Origin: Vicugna vicugna
Lineage: Eukaryota
Assembly: GCA_013265495.1 (NCBI GenBank)
Contig: MU058687.1
Span: forward strand, 4,276,093-4,340,092
Direction: 5' to 3'
Length of the DNA stretch: 64,000 nt
Positions 52,130-64,000 of the stretch are shown here, piece after piece. Position numbers and translations under genes: made by a program. Position 1 is the first letter of the stretch. Each line of letters opens with the position of its first letter. The notes beneath the pieces were generated by a model that saw nothing but the letters and a program-made list of their open reading frames with translations, was not told where the DNA came from and ran no database searches.

Positions 52130-52275
52130 ATGGTGGGTTACTTTTCTGCCTCTACCACCAGACTGTGTGCTGCCTGAGGGCAGGAACTGTGTCTTCCTTT
52201 CGGACTTCCTGGCACTTAAAACAGAGTGCGGCTCATAGTTCAAGGTCAATGAATATCTGAATGAAGGAATGCCTG
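52130..52275 (+). mobile_element. LINE L2 3' end
   Basis: 'cagactgtgtgctgcctgagggcaggaactgtgtctt..cagagtgcggctcatag..aatgaatatctgaatgaa'. Confidence 0.75.
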
Positions 52276-53377
52276 AAAGAATAAATGGTGGCCTCTTCCT
52301 TCATAGTTGCTGTAGTTTATAAAGTAGATACAGATATAATCCAAGCTAAAAATAGCAATTTGGCAGTTCCCTCTAAATTTGCTATAATAAAATATACCAG
52401 AAAGGCTTAACAGACTTCTTTACTTAACTCTGTGGCTAGTGGACCTTCAGTCATTTGACACTTTTTTAGCTTCTACTTTATGGCAGGGAATGTACTAAAC
52501 ATCAGGGGCTGTTTTCAACTATCTTAAAGGACTGTTGATACAGAAACATATATGCTGAAACATACTGAAGTCTGTAGGATACCGTAATGAGGTTATCTTA
52601 TGCTCTCAAAGGAAGCACCCCTGTTACTTGAACTTACACTTTAGCTGCGTCCTGTAAGTGTTATCTGCAAATAGAACGCAGGAGGGCACCAGAGAATAAG
52701 AAACAAAACAAAGCAAAACAAACCCCTGGCTTTGAATAGAGACCTGCCCAAATTATTGTCACTCTGCCGTCCGTTTCTAGCTCAGGCCCATGCCTGTGCA
52801 TGGCGGGGAGGGGACACATGTGAAGAGAACACAGAGAGTGGCCTTGCACACATGACACTGTAAAGCATTTTAAGGTCCCCAGTTGGCCCAGCGTAGTGCT
52901 CATTCTCCAATTCACACCTTTCACTTATTTCTCTCTGCCACAGAGTATTTTAAATTCTGGTTTATTTACCTCTTTGCTAAATTCAGTAGACTCTCTGTAG
53001 TCTGTTCTGGTCTTCATCTAATCCACCCCTTCCTCTTTTTTTTTTTTTTAGTCAATTCTCCAAAAGTTCTCAATTATTTACAAAATAAAGTCCAGTTCCT
53101 TAGCATTGTACATAATCTATTATCTTTCCTACCTTAACTTTCACTCCGTAACTCATATTCCCTCTACTCCCCAAAGCACACAAACAGAACAGCCGCCCCA
53201 GTTTGTCTGCCCTCCAGCAGTCGATCACATTTTACCTACAGTGACTGTGCTGGATGGGGTGTAGCTCGGAAATCAAGCACACAGGCTCTGGGCGAGAGCA
53301 GCTGCTGACAAGCTGCGGCCTGAGGGCCCCATGCTCCCCACTACCTCTTTTCATAGAAAATAAACTTTTCTCGGAAC

Positions 53378-53672
53378 AAATGAATAAACTGCTCACAATA
53401 AAAGATGCCAGACCAAAAAAAAAAAAGTACATAGTATATGGTTCTACTTATATAAATCCAGAAAATGCAAACGGATCTGTAGTGACAGCCTAGATCCAGA
53501 GGAAGAGATTACAGGTTGGTACAAGGAAACTTTTAGGGGTGATGGATATGGTCCTTAGCTTGATTTTGGCAGTGAGTCCATAAGTCTATTGATATGTCAA
53601 AACTTCTCAAACTGATCACCTTAAATACGTGTGGTTCACTATATGTCAATTACACCTCAATTTAAAAGAAAA
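53378..53672 (+). mobile_element. L1M (L1MB/ME-type) 3' UTR fragment
   Basis: 'acaaggaaacttttaggggtgatgga..tatgtcaaaacttctcaaact..cttaaata..tatgtcaattacacctcaat'. Confidence 0.85.
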
Positions 53673-56179
53673 CATTATGGATTACTTTCCTGTCAGACGT
53701 TTCCATGGCCTCAGTCACCGTGAAGAGTCACTCATGTCTTGATAGAGAGGCCGCTGGAATGATTTCCCACGATCCTGGGCTTCCACTCTGTTACTGGTTC
53801 TAAGCATTTGGCCACATACCTTAATTTTTTGGTGCCTTTGAGCCCTCATCAGAGACAAAAGAGGACTGGACTTGATAATCTTCACGTCGCCTTCTGAATT
53901 TCTCTAGAATTCTCTCAACTCCACTTTACATTTCACAGATATCATTTCACAGATATTTTGGGGGATACCCATCCTCACTCAGGCAGTATGTTCGTGGTCT
54001 GTAGCTACCCTTCCTTTGTTGTCGGTGATGCTTCTTTCTTAAGTATTTCATCCCTCTGTGAAACTGCAGGGACTCATCTGGTACAATAGTCCTTTGTAGT
54101 AGCAGAGAAACAGGACAGCTCGGTTTCTTTGGGTAAATTACCCACCTGAATTGCATATTGTAGCATTTAGCCTCCCACATTCACCTTCTCCTTTTCAAAT
54201 TTAACAACAATAGGATGTTTTTAGTTAGGTTGAAACCGCATAATTTTAAAAAAGAAACGCAAGAAAAAACTAGAAGGATGTTTTATGAGACTATGATAGA
54301 CTTGAGAATGGGAGGGATCACTCGGAAATTTCCCATCTCTTAGGCCCTTGTAAATGACACTGGCTTCCCGCAGTGGCCTTGAAGTTGAGTTACTGTTAGA
54401 GGAATTTGTAAGCCTCTTAAGACACCCCAGAGCTCGTGGATGAGCAGTGTTCCCTGGAGAGGAGAGTTTGCTGGAGCTTCTCCAAAGCCCAGCTGCTCAA
54501 AATCTAAATGACCACTGCAAGCCTTGCTTAACTCTAGGAAAGTCTCCTTAGCAGCAGACCAGCAGTGTTAAGATGCTGAAAGAAGTACATTTTTAGCACT
54601 GATGAAAACCGGAGACTGAAGAAACGAGAGTGCAGCAGCTACCTTTAGATGGGCCGGACACGCGTACCTCTCACTAGACCCCCTCAGCTCACTGAGTGAT
54701 TGTCCTGCCCAGTCTACAGCTCTAAGACACCGAAGCTGAGATATTTAGGTGTGCGTCCAAGGTCGCAGCTGGCGTGTACTGGGGCAGGAACTTGAAGCCA
54801 CATCTGGCTAGCTCGGAACCTGGTGTTCTTTCTCATGCCTCTCTGGCTTACTGCGATGGTGAGGCGTTTGAGTTATCGTTCGGCCATTTCCTTCACCTGG
54901 TGCTTTCAGTGTGGTGGTTGCGGTTTCTTCAGTGCATCTTGCTGGCCTGCACGAGCGCTGTGGGACTGTGGGCCTTTCTGTCTGCAAGCTCCCTTGGCAC
55001 CATCGGTGTACCACGAAGGGTGGCTAATCCTGGGAGGATGGGGAGGAAGCCTCAGCCTTTCTTTATTTGGCATTCGACTTTTCTCTTCTTCTAAGTGGTT
55101 TCTGCATGGATTTTGTGGAGTTTTAGGAGTTGAGTTTAACATCTAAGATTTGGGGTGTTTAGGACATTTTCTCCCGTGTGAGACCAGAGCTGCTGGTTCT
55201 CATCTAACCCTTTCTTTGTGGAATCTGAGTTGCATTTCATTGGCTGGAAAAGGCAGTCAGGAGTTGATCTCTGCCTCCAGTCTCATTCCCCTTCTAAGCT
55301 TTACACTTGAAGGGCCAGAATGGCTTTTCTAAAACAATAATCTGATCACATCAGTCCCTGAGGTGTGTGGGAAGTCACCTTACTCCAAGTACACTCAGGT
55401 AGGCTGCCCTAACGGTCATGGCACTGAAGTGCTCATGGAGCAAATTGAGCTGTGTAATTATGTGGCTCATTGCATCACCTAAAGCGCACAGACAAAGCAA
55501 GGGCAGAGAGATCAGACAGAGGGTCACACAGAATGATAAGCAGGGTGGCAAGACTGCTCTACCCGCATCCGCACAGTGTTCGTATAGTTTGTTCTCTCTC
55601 TGCCATATCCGCCTTTCCTGTTGATGGGTGATTACATGGACCAGAGTCGAGGCTAAGCTGGGGGTTTCAGCAGCTGGAAGGCATCACACACTTGCCCTCC
55701 CGGAGAGACAACAAGAGCAAACATATCTGATCAGCGATGGCTCACCTGTTAGGCTGATGACCAGGTGTGTGTTTTATCTCTGTGTCTCAGCAGAAAAAAA
55801 TACGGGACCAGAATGTGACCAGAATGAGTGTCATTAATGAGTTGACCAGTTTAGGGATGACAGATGTCAATCAGACATGGTCTGAGCTTTATTAAATATA
55901 TGTGGTTTACTCGGCACTTCCATCCTTTTCTATGGAACGTTTCTGTTCCATCCTTTTAACCTTTGTTTAAAATATATATGCTTTCTTTATTTTCTCTGTG
56001 TTTAACAGGGCTCAGAGGTTACCATCTGCTCTCTGTACGTCATACATTCTATGGGTTTTATTCATCCCATTTGTTTTTATTGTAATCCGCAGCAAAATTG
56101 AATAATGCTAAATAGTACAGCTTATTTATTTCAAGAGCTCTTTTTTGGTCTAGAAAATAAAATACAAAATCTCATTTTA

Positions 56180-56710
56180 TTTCATCTGTTATTGCGTAAA
56201 GGTCCTTATAATCTCCTCCTCTTTAGACTCATCTCCTGCCTCTCATAAAAGTGCCCTCCACTTCCATGCCACATATTCCCTGAACTTGCTGACCTCTCTA
56301 AAGTCTGCATGTGTACAGAATGGTCTTCCATCTGTGGTCTACCTGGAGCATCCGTTTCTGTTCATTTCTTAAGAAGCATAAGCTTGGCTTTCTCTAGGAA
56401 ATCTTACTTGAACACTGCTATCTTCTTAACCCCAAACCCAGGCCAAAAGGCAAACAAATGCACACATACATCCACATATACAAATGTCTTCTCCCTCTCA
56501 CTGTGCTCTTAAGGTGTGGTGTAAGAAGCACATGGTAGGATTAGAGCATTTAAAACATTGTATTACATTTTTTACACTACTGTGTCCTCCGGTCGCCTCT
56601 AAGGAACTTTTATACTGGGATTTTAGTATATAATCTCCTTTATTCCTCAGCCACTAGCCAAAGCTCAGCGTATTATAAATGAGCAATATTTGCTGAGTTA
56701 ATGAATAATA
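56180..56710 (+). mobile_element. Degenerate LINE L2 3' region
   Basis: 'aaggtccttataatct', ends 'caatatttgctgagttaatgaat'. Confidence 0.55.
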
Positions 56711-57709
56711 ACAAATAAATAAAGGTTACAGTGCAACCAATGGGTAGATATTTGTTCTTGGAGTAAGGAGGATTTTCACACTTGTCATTTTAAAATTCAG
56801 TCCTTATGGGACTTTCTTTCCCTTCATTTCTTCCTTTGAATGTTTTATTCAAAGTGCTATTTATTTCTACTACTTGATTTTTAAAACTCACTTGAATATG
56901 TTTTTATAAATGAGTTAATAACAAGTAGCACTAATATATTGGGCACGTACTGTGTGTGAAGCTGTGTATTAGAACTTGTCTGTCCACTGGTCCCAAGGGA
57001 ACTGGATCAAGTCAGAACACTGCATGGGTTGTAACTAGGATTATGAATCAGCTGGAGCATGTGTAGCTTCAAATAGGATAATTAGATATAATAAGCACAA
57101 AACCACATTTCCCCCTATTTCCGTATTAGAGCGTGTTGGTTGATTCACTATTTGAATTTCAGTGTCCATCAGCTGTGTTTATATACATTTTTACAAGTGC
57201 ATGTTGAGTAACTACCATGTCTTGGCCTTGGATGAGAACTTAAAAAAGGTAGGGCTGGTCGCTGGCCACATGGAATTTGCAGCCAGCATCACCTTTAAAT
57301 CAGTGGGAAATGGAAAGGTTACTGAGACCAGGGTGACCCACCTCAAATCCAACTGGAGTCACTTGAATTCCCACAGATGTTACAGGCAGGTCCTAGTCAA
57401 TGTAAATTCACTGAATAATCCAATAGCCCAGTATACCAGTGTCCCTCCCCCAGCAGCATGACGCGAGGCACACAGGGATTTACTTTTCTCATCCCTGTAG
57501 CTCCTCGGAATTTCCCTGCTGCCACACACACCCACCCTCATTCTTACCCAGACTGAGAATCAGGTCACAGAAGCACCTCTGGTTTCTCTACCAGGTTACT
57601 TTCCCTCAACCTCCACTCCTCCTCCCGCAGAAGCAGCCCTGGTCACTGTTCCTGGTCCTCCCTGCCACTCACATACTCATCTTCCTTCCAGAATGCAGTT
57701 TAGTTTAAG

Positions 57710-57860
57710 AACAAAGGCTTGACACTCAGATAAACCTGGCTTTGAATCTGCTTACTAGCTGTTTGCCTTTGGCCAGGATAATTTAACATCTGTTTCTTAT
57801 TTTCATCATCTGTAAAACGGGATTGCAGTGCTTACTTCACAGTATTGTGAGAATTAAATA
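57710..57860 (+). mobile_element. MIR SINE
   Basis: 'cctggctttgaatctgcttactagctgt..catctgtaaaacggga..tattgtgagaattaaat'. Confidence 0.8.
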
Positions 57861-58874
57861 TTAAGCCCCAATACAGTATACAGCAGTAATCTCATGCCCC
57901 GTAATCTGTACAAATCTGCAGCCCTTCACCCGTACACCCCTGTACTGTCTCTGGTACTGTCTCGTTACCCTCTGAAATGGACAAGGACCCTATTTTAGAG
58001 CTTTGCATTCTGAAAGACCCCTGTTAGCAAAAAGGGTGTGGAAAGGAAGCATCGTTTAGAGTCTTAGGAAATCTGAAAGAGCCTCCTTTTGGGTCAGAGA
58101 GTAGAGAGAACTATAAGGTCATCTTCGAGCTACCCAGGAGCAATGTTGGGTTGAAAGTGAAGTGTCACCTGAGTAGACAGGGCAACGAGGAGCCCATGGA
58201 GTGTGTACAACTCTGGAGCCAGTGCATGGGTTTTTCCAAGAGAGTCACCCCAGTAGGACATGGGCCACAAAGCTCCTTCCTTCAAATGTGGAATCACCGT
58301 ATATCCTGCAGGGCTCTCCTGAGTCCCTCCCAACTCCTCTCCTTAGAACACCCTTTCCTCTTCTCTCACTGACTAGCTTGTCACCAACCTCCAGCAGTCT
58401 TGTCACTGATTCATCCCAGTCTTCCCTGTGACTTTCAGCAGCCCTGTCTCTGACTCTTAACTCTTCCAACTTTGCACTGAGCCTCTGTCCCCAGCCTTGG
58501 GAGCCACAACGAGAGAATCACAGATGGAGAATCTCTGGTGGCCATATGCCGAATGTGAAAGGTTGGGCAGGAAAAGGGATGCTAAGTTCACTGAATTATG
58601 CATTTGAAATGATTTCTAAAATCTTCCAAATATATCAGAATGGGGGAGCGTTCCAAATAAGGCATGAACAGAAACAAAAATGAGTATCATGAGGGATGTC
58701 TTTAAAATCACCTCTTTGCCAAACAGTCGTCCATGAGGGCAGATACAGTATGATAAAAACTGTAACTGGCTCTAAATGATCTGTAAGCAGTGTTATCTTA
58801 CCAGCCACTGGTGCTGATCTTGAGTGCTGATGTACTGGCTAATAAACATACTTGGCTTGTGGGAAAGTCGAGGT

Positions 58875-59110
58875 GTATGGATAAGGCGCTGCTTTTGGAG
58901 TCACAGAACTGGGAGTTTGAAGCTGGTTTCTGCCACTTTCAACCTAAATGACCTTATTCATATTGCTTAAACTCTCTGAGCCTCATTTTTTTCCCCTGTA
59001 AGATAGGGTGAGGATTTCAAACCTCACGGTGTATTAGATAACTATACTTACGAGAGTTAAGTGGAGTGTAGAAAAGAGAGCACCTGCTCCCTACCAGGTA
59101 GCCAGTAAAC
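58875..59110 (+). mobile_element. MIR SINE
   Basis: 'tttggagtcacagaactggg..tctgccactt..cttaactctctgagcctcattt..ctgtaagataggg'. Confidence 0.8.
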
Positions 59111-59519
59111 AGCAGTTTTTTGTTTTCCTTCTTGTTTCTTCTTCAACCAATCACAGAGTAGAGGAGGGAAGTGGGGGGGGAGAGAAAGGAGAAACTTTCA
59201 TGCAAACCATCACTTGGCTTACAGATGTAATGTTCCAGCTTGATTTTATGATGCGATGGAGTTGTTTTAAGGATGTCTTTCCATCGTATGATAGTTTCAA
59301 ATGTCAGTTTGCTATGGGCTTCTACTTCAGGCCTTGAATGTGGTTTTTATAACCATGTACACGGTAGGGAGAAAGACATTTAAACCATCACTGTGGTCAT
59401 AATGTTCCCTCAGCATGTAGTAGGCACTGGCCGCTGTTGCATGTTTTACAGAGAATACCTTGATTCATCCTCACAAAACCCTGTGAAGTCGTTGTTAATC
59501 TTCTCTATTACACAGATGG

Positions 59520-60050
59520 AGAAATAGAGTGAGTTGAAGGCACAGGTGGGAAGTGCTTCAATGTGGCCGTATTTGAGTTAGGTTCTGAGAGTGCATAGGG
59601 CTAAACTGATAAAATAACCAGGTACAAGTTGGTGCAGCTGGAATGTCACATGTGTTATGAGAAGTGAGGTCATAAAAATTTATGCTGGGGCCAAATCCCC
59701 AAGGACACTGTGTGCCTTCTTTGTACCTAGACGTCTAGTGGCCTTTGGGGATTTTAATTAGGAACTGACATGACAACATTTCTATTAAAGTACAGTAATT
59801 CTGACCACAGTGTGAAAGACTGATAGATAGGGAGACAAAAAGCACAACTCTAGCAAGTGAGAGTGGAGGGAGGCCACAGCTGGTACCGTAAAGGTGGGAA
59901 CTAATGCAAAGAATAGACCCAGGAAATTCCTGGGAGAAAGAACAGCCTGGCTTGGCTATGGTTTGGATGCAGAAGGGGAGGGTGAAGGCAATGTCCAGCA
60001 AGACTGCTAACTTAATGGCTTGTGAAACTGGATAGTGATGACCTTGAAAG
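59520..60050 (-). mobile_element. Degenerate LINE L2 body
   Basis: 'tttggatgcagaaggggagggtgaaggcaatgtccagcaagactgct..tggcttgtgaaactggatagtgatg'. Confidence 0.55.
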
Positions 60051-60804
60051 GTCATTCTTCTTTACTGGAGGAAAGAAACAATTGGGAAAATAAGAGATGT
60101 CTAGGAGAGAACCTGGAAAAAAAAAAAGTTAAAATAGGAAAACAGAGTTGAGGAGAGAAATAAAGGTTGGCAAAAGACAAAATGTGTGGAGTCCTGGAAT
60201 CTGAATTCTTAACAAATGCTTCTTATCAAGTTTAAAGTATGAGATCCACTGGCCTAGATTACTTCCTAGCAGCGCTGACAAATCTGCAAGAGAAAGTGAC
60301 AGGACTGTTCCGTGCGCACAGATGGCATCCCCCTGGGCGAGGTGCGCCGCTTGTCACCCTCTGCGAATCACAGACAGAGGAGAGCGTTTTATTAGAGTCG
60401 GAGAAAAAAAACAGATAATTTTCAAAATACATAGTTCTAAACCCTTTTATTTGTTCTGTGTTCTGGCAGCATTTTAAAGATAAAAATCTTAAGAGTTTTG
60501 TTTTTCCAGAACAGAGATTTGCGTCTGAGCAATTTGACAAATATTGAGGTTCCTCTTAATCTGTTTCTTTCCCTTGTCATTTTCTCTGTATGTTTCTCTC
60601 TTCTCCCATTTTAATTTGCCTTCTTTTTCTTCTCTGCCATTGTCTTCTATCCACCCAGAAGTTAAAGACATTTCCGTTGTATGCATTGATTGAGTAGTTT
60701 TCTATTTTTTCCCTTGGGGGCGTGTGTAGAATATTTCATTGCGAGGATTCATCCTTGCAACTCTTAGCCATCCTTGACTCATCCCTTGGCTAACAGAGGC
60801 TGTA

Positions 60805-61250
60805 TGTTGTAGTCGTTAAGGGCAGAATGGAACCAGGCTGCCAGATTGAAATCCCAACAACTGCTACTTATGTGGCCCTGGAAAATTGACTCAACTTTTT
60901 TCTGCCTCAGTTTCCTCACATTAAAGTGTGGATACTGGTCAGTCAGCCCTGCTCAGTTACACTGCAGTGACAAATGCCTCCCTGCATCATCTTGGTGACT
61001 TTCAAGAACAGAACTTTGTTTTCCACTCACATCCATGTCCCTCCTGGTTCTGCAGCAGCTTTGCTTCACATCCTCTTCATTTCTGGGCTCTGGCTGAAGA
61101 CACAGCCCTAATATGTCACATCTTGGATTTGGGGCAAAGGGAAAAGAGAGCTTGTGATGTGATGTGATGGCTCTTAAACCCTTCTAAATGGCCCAAGACA
61201 CTTCTGGTCACATTTCTTTGGTTATGAAGCAAGCCATATAAAATGCTTGA
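60805..61250. mobile_element. MIR 5' half (+, ~60805-60925) abutting an antisense MLT1K/L-like LTR fragment (~60930-61250)
   Basis: 'tctgcctcagtttcctca', then 'gttacactgcagtgacaaa..tggctcttaaac..cacttctggtcacatttctttgg..aagcaagccata'. Confidence 0.65.
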
Positions 61251-62344
61251 TCTATTTTTGTTAATCTCTGGTTTTAATTTGATTTCTTCTATGTGCTTGT
61301 CTTGCAGGTTTTATTTTGCTGGGTATCATAACGAGATGATATGTCTAGTGAGATGGAGAACTATAATTTCTCATGTTTCCAAAACTACATGCATATTATT
61401 TTAGGAGGGAGAAGGGTCATCATCTTAGTGCCCTAGGGCCAGAGTAGAGGGATTATTCTGCTAATCCCGCCTCCTGGATCCCCTAGTGGCACAAACCAGG
61501 TGTTAAGAGGATAGGAAGGTCCACCCAGGTGACAGGACCATTCCTTGTGGCAATTGCCTCTGTCCACAGTGGGTGATCAGCAAATGCCATCATTCTCGTA
61601 AGCTGAGAGATCTTGTGATTATCATCCAAAGGAGGTAGGCTGGAAATGCCGTCCCTTTCACATTCTTACCTTAGATTTAGTACTTTCTATTCTCGGAAGG
61701 AGATGCTGCAAACATGGGGATAGAAATGGAAATACCATTTCACAGCACTCTGTGTTTTGGGATACTTTTTAAAACCCAGTGACCATATATTTATATTTTA
61801 AAGTCCCCTATCTGGGATTTGGCGACTATTAAAAACATAGAGCCAGAAGGCAGTTTGAGTATGGAGACCATATGTCTTAACTTTTATCTTCAACAGACCT
61901 AAGTTGGTTAAGAATGATGATCTCATCTTCTCAAAAGCCCTCCAGGGTCCTTACGAGTCATCATGGGTCCTCAGGGTAGAGAGCTCAGTGATTGTCCTCA
62001 GAGACTGCTGCCACTTTCTGACAGCCTCAAGAGTTTGGTCACTATTTGCTAATTTACAACCGTAGCCCCTTCGTCCGCCCTCAGTGCTGAGAGCAGCCGA
62101 CTCCCCTGTCCTCTCTGGACTTCACAGAGTTCAGGCGGCTAGAAGTTAATGGGAAGAGCTCTACACGTGGGGTCAGGAAGCCTGGATCCTTGATTTAATG
62201 TCACACTCTAATAGCTTCGTGACCTTGGGAAATTCACCCGAGCTCTCTGGATCTCATCGTAGCCAGCTGGTATAACGCACCTCACAGGGTGGCTGGTTGT
62301 CACGTTTAAGTAACTAGGGAGGAAATGATCAAGTGTGACATGTT

Positions 62345-62820
62345 CCATCGTAGTCTGCGGTCCCTTGAGAGCAGAGTCCGAGACGAGGACTCGGGTCAGG
62401 TAGTTTATTTAGGAGGGACCCCAAAAGTGGGAATTAAGGGGCAGAGAGAATGAACCTGAAGGAAGAAACATCAATGTGAGTGTCCGCTGTCAAGGTTTCT
62501 GCTGTGAGCTGTGTGGAAGTGGGGCAGGTTCAGGCTGTTGTGATGAGTACCTCTAAGAATTATCTGTCCCAGAGACAGGAGGCTGGGAAACTTATCCATC
62601 AGCTTCAGCCCTCCCACTGTTTGTCAGCCCCCCTCCCCCACTTGGTTGTCTTGGGTGCAGGCAAGGACGTCCCTGCTGACTTTGGAGAAGGCCCAAGAGC
62701 TGGCCCTGCGTTGGGTGGGGACTGTCAGACGGTGTGAGGCGGTGTGCAGCAGTGCCTGCTGTGGCTGAAATCTGAGGTTGGCTGAGGGGACGATACCAAA
62801 GTGCCTCCTGCTGGTGCACA
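62345..62820 (-). mobile_element. ERVL LTR, LTR16-like
   Basis: 'gagagcagagtccgagacgaggactcgggtcaggtagtttatttaggaggga' matches the antisense LTR16-type 3' end. Confidence 0.6.
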
Positions 62821-63674
62821 AAAGTATGATGGCATATTTACCCTTCATTTATATTTCCAGTATAAACTTTTAACTTCTTTTGGCTTCATTAGTAGATCCT
62901 ATATGCTAAGACTAGACCCTGGTCTTAGAAATAAATTTGAAAAAGCCAAGTGCAATCAGGTCCTACTTTTCATTAACTCCCCAAATTAGATTTTCTGTTT
63001 CATATTTAGCTGTGTTCTCTCATTTCCCCATATCCTTTACCAGCCTTACCTCTGTCCTCCTCAGATTGCTAGACTGGGACACCCCGGCAGTGTATCCATG
63101 ATGGAATGGTGAGAACAACTGAGGCTCAGTGGAGCAGACAGACCGACTGGGGGTTGAGTCCCATCACTGTGGCTTTGACCTTGTGGCGCTTTGCTCTGTC
63201 TCTTTATTTGTAAAGTTGGGTAAATTGTGTCAGCTTCATGTTACAAACCTAAATAAGATCACGTATACAGTGTAATTGGTTCCTCCTTCATCCTCATATC
63301 TGTTTCCCAGAAGGCTACATTTTCTTTTGGTTGGGAAGAAATATATTTAAAAGGAAAACTAGTGTCTTTTGTTTATGTCTGCTGCCTGGTGTCTTTTAGC
63401 TTCAAATTTGTCTAATTCACTCAACTGCCAAAATGCAATGTGCGAGTCTCTTCTGCTCCCCTTCTTTTCTTCCTCTACCTTCAGTAAATCTACTGTGTCT
63501 TTTACTTGTTCATCCAATTCTGTGCATTCACTTCTTAATTCAATTACATAGATTATTACTATACTGAATACCTTCCCAAATTGGTCCAATTCATCCTACT
63601 GCTAACATACAATTTGCATCTCTCTTCTTCTCCCCTTCCATTTCTTATCCAGCCCTCAACCTATCTACTAATTT

Positions 63675-63960
63675 GTTATTTAATTCATTCAATTCTACTT
63701 ACTCACTAGTTTTTTTTCCTAGTGTGCCATGCACCTTCTTGGTGTAAGGTCTTCCGCTTAGTTGTTGGGGATTACAAAGGTAGCATGCTCTTCCTCAAAG
63801 GGCATAGAAGTGGAGGCACTGAATATAAAAAAAAAAAAACAAAAACCCTGCAATACAAGGAACAGAGTGATGATTTACAAAATAAAAGTATTGATGAATT
63901 ACAAGAAGGTGTACACTTCCAGCTGGAAGGGCCAGAGTGGGCTGAGTGGGACTGGGTGAA
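63675..63960 (-). mobile_element. LINE L2 3' fragment
   Basis: 'ttcattcaattc..agtgtgccatgcac..ttggggattacaaag..cttcctcaaagggcataga'. Confidence 0.55.
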
Positions 63961-64000
63961 GGTGGGGGAGCGATGAACGTCCACGAAAGGAGACTAAGGG

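Noticed and set aside
52346..52355. Perfect MEF2 motif CTAAAAATAG, and scattered TGASTCA AP-1 motifs elsewhere
   Set aside because: Isolated short motifs at roughly chance frequency
1..64000. Prokaryotic-type system (operon, defence island, CRISPR)
   Set aside because: No long ORFs or gene-dense organisation; the sequence is dominated by eutherian repeats

Overview
Non-coding mammalian genomic DNA (intron or intergenic), almost certainly from a camelid (alpaca/camel lineage): the only lineage-specific SINE I can see is a vic-1-type tRNA-derived element at ~30309-30458. I recognise no protein-coding exon, RNA gene or pseudogene. The ORF track holds only short chance ORFs, N-gap artefacts and antisense readings of repeats. 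The window is a mosaic of ancient eutherian repeats (many MIR and L2 fragments, MLT1, MER21, LTR16/LTR33, MER5A, MER20, MER58A, MER2/Tigger, HAL1/L1), with one 205-N assembly gap and several microsatellites. Repeat names come from recalled consensus sequences and most boundaries are approximate. I found no evidence of a novel biological system. The most notable directly visible structures are: (i) a probable younger solo LTR with an internal 80-bp tandem duplication (16403-17148); (ii) an old, diverged ~255-bp local duplication (27515-27769 vs 31254-31512); (iii) a 37-nt pure poly-C tract; and (iv) several compact motif clusters that are candidate regulatory elements (NRF1/E-box/Z-DNA patch, DR2 RARE cluster, CRE plus kB, CTCF-like site). 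The host gene, if any, cannot be named from this sequence alone.
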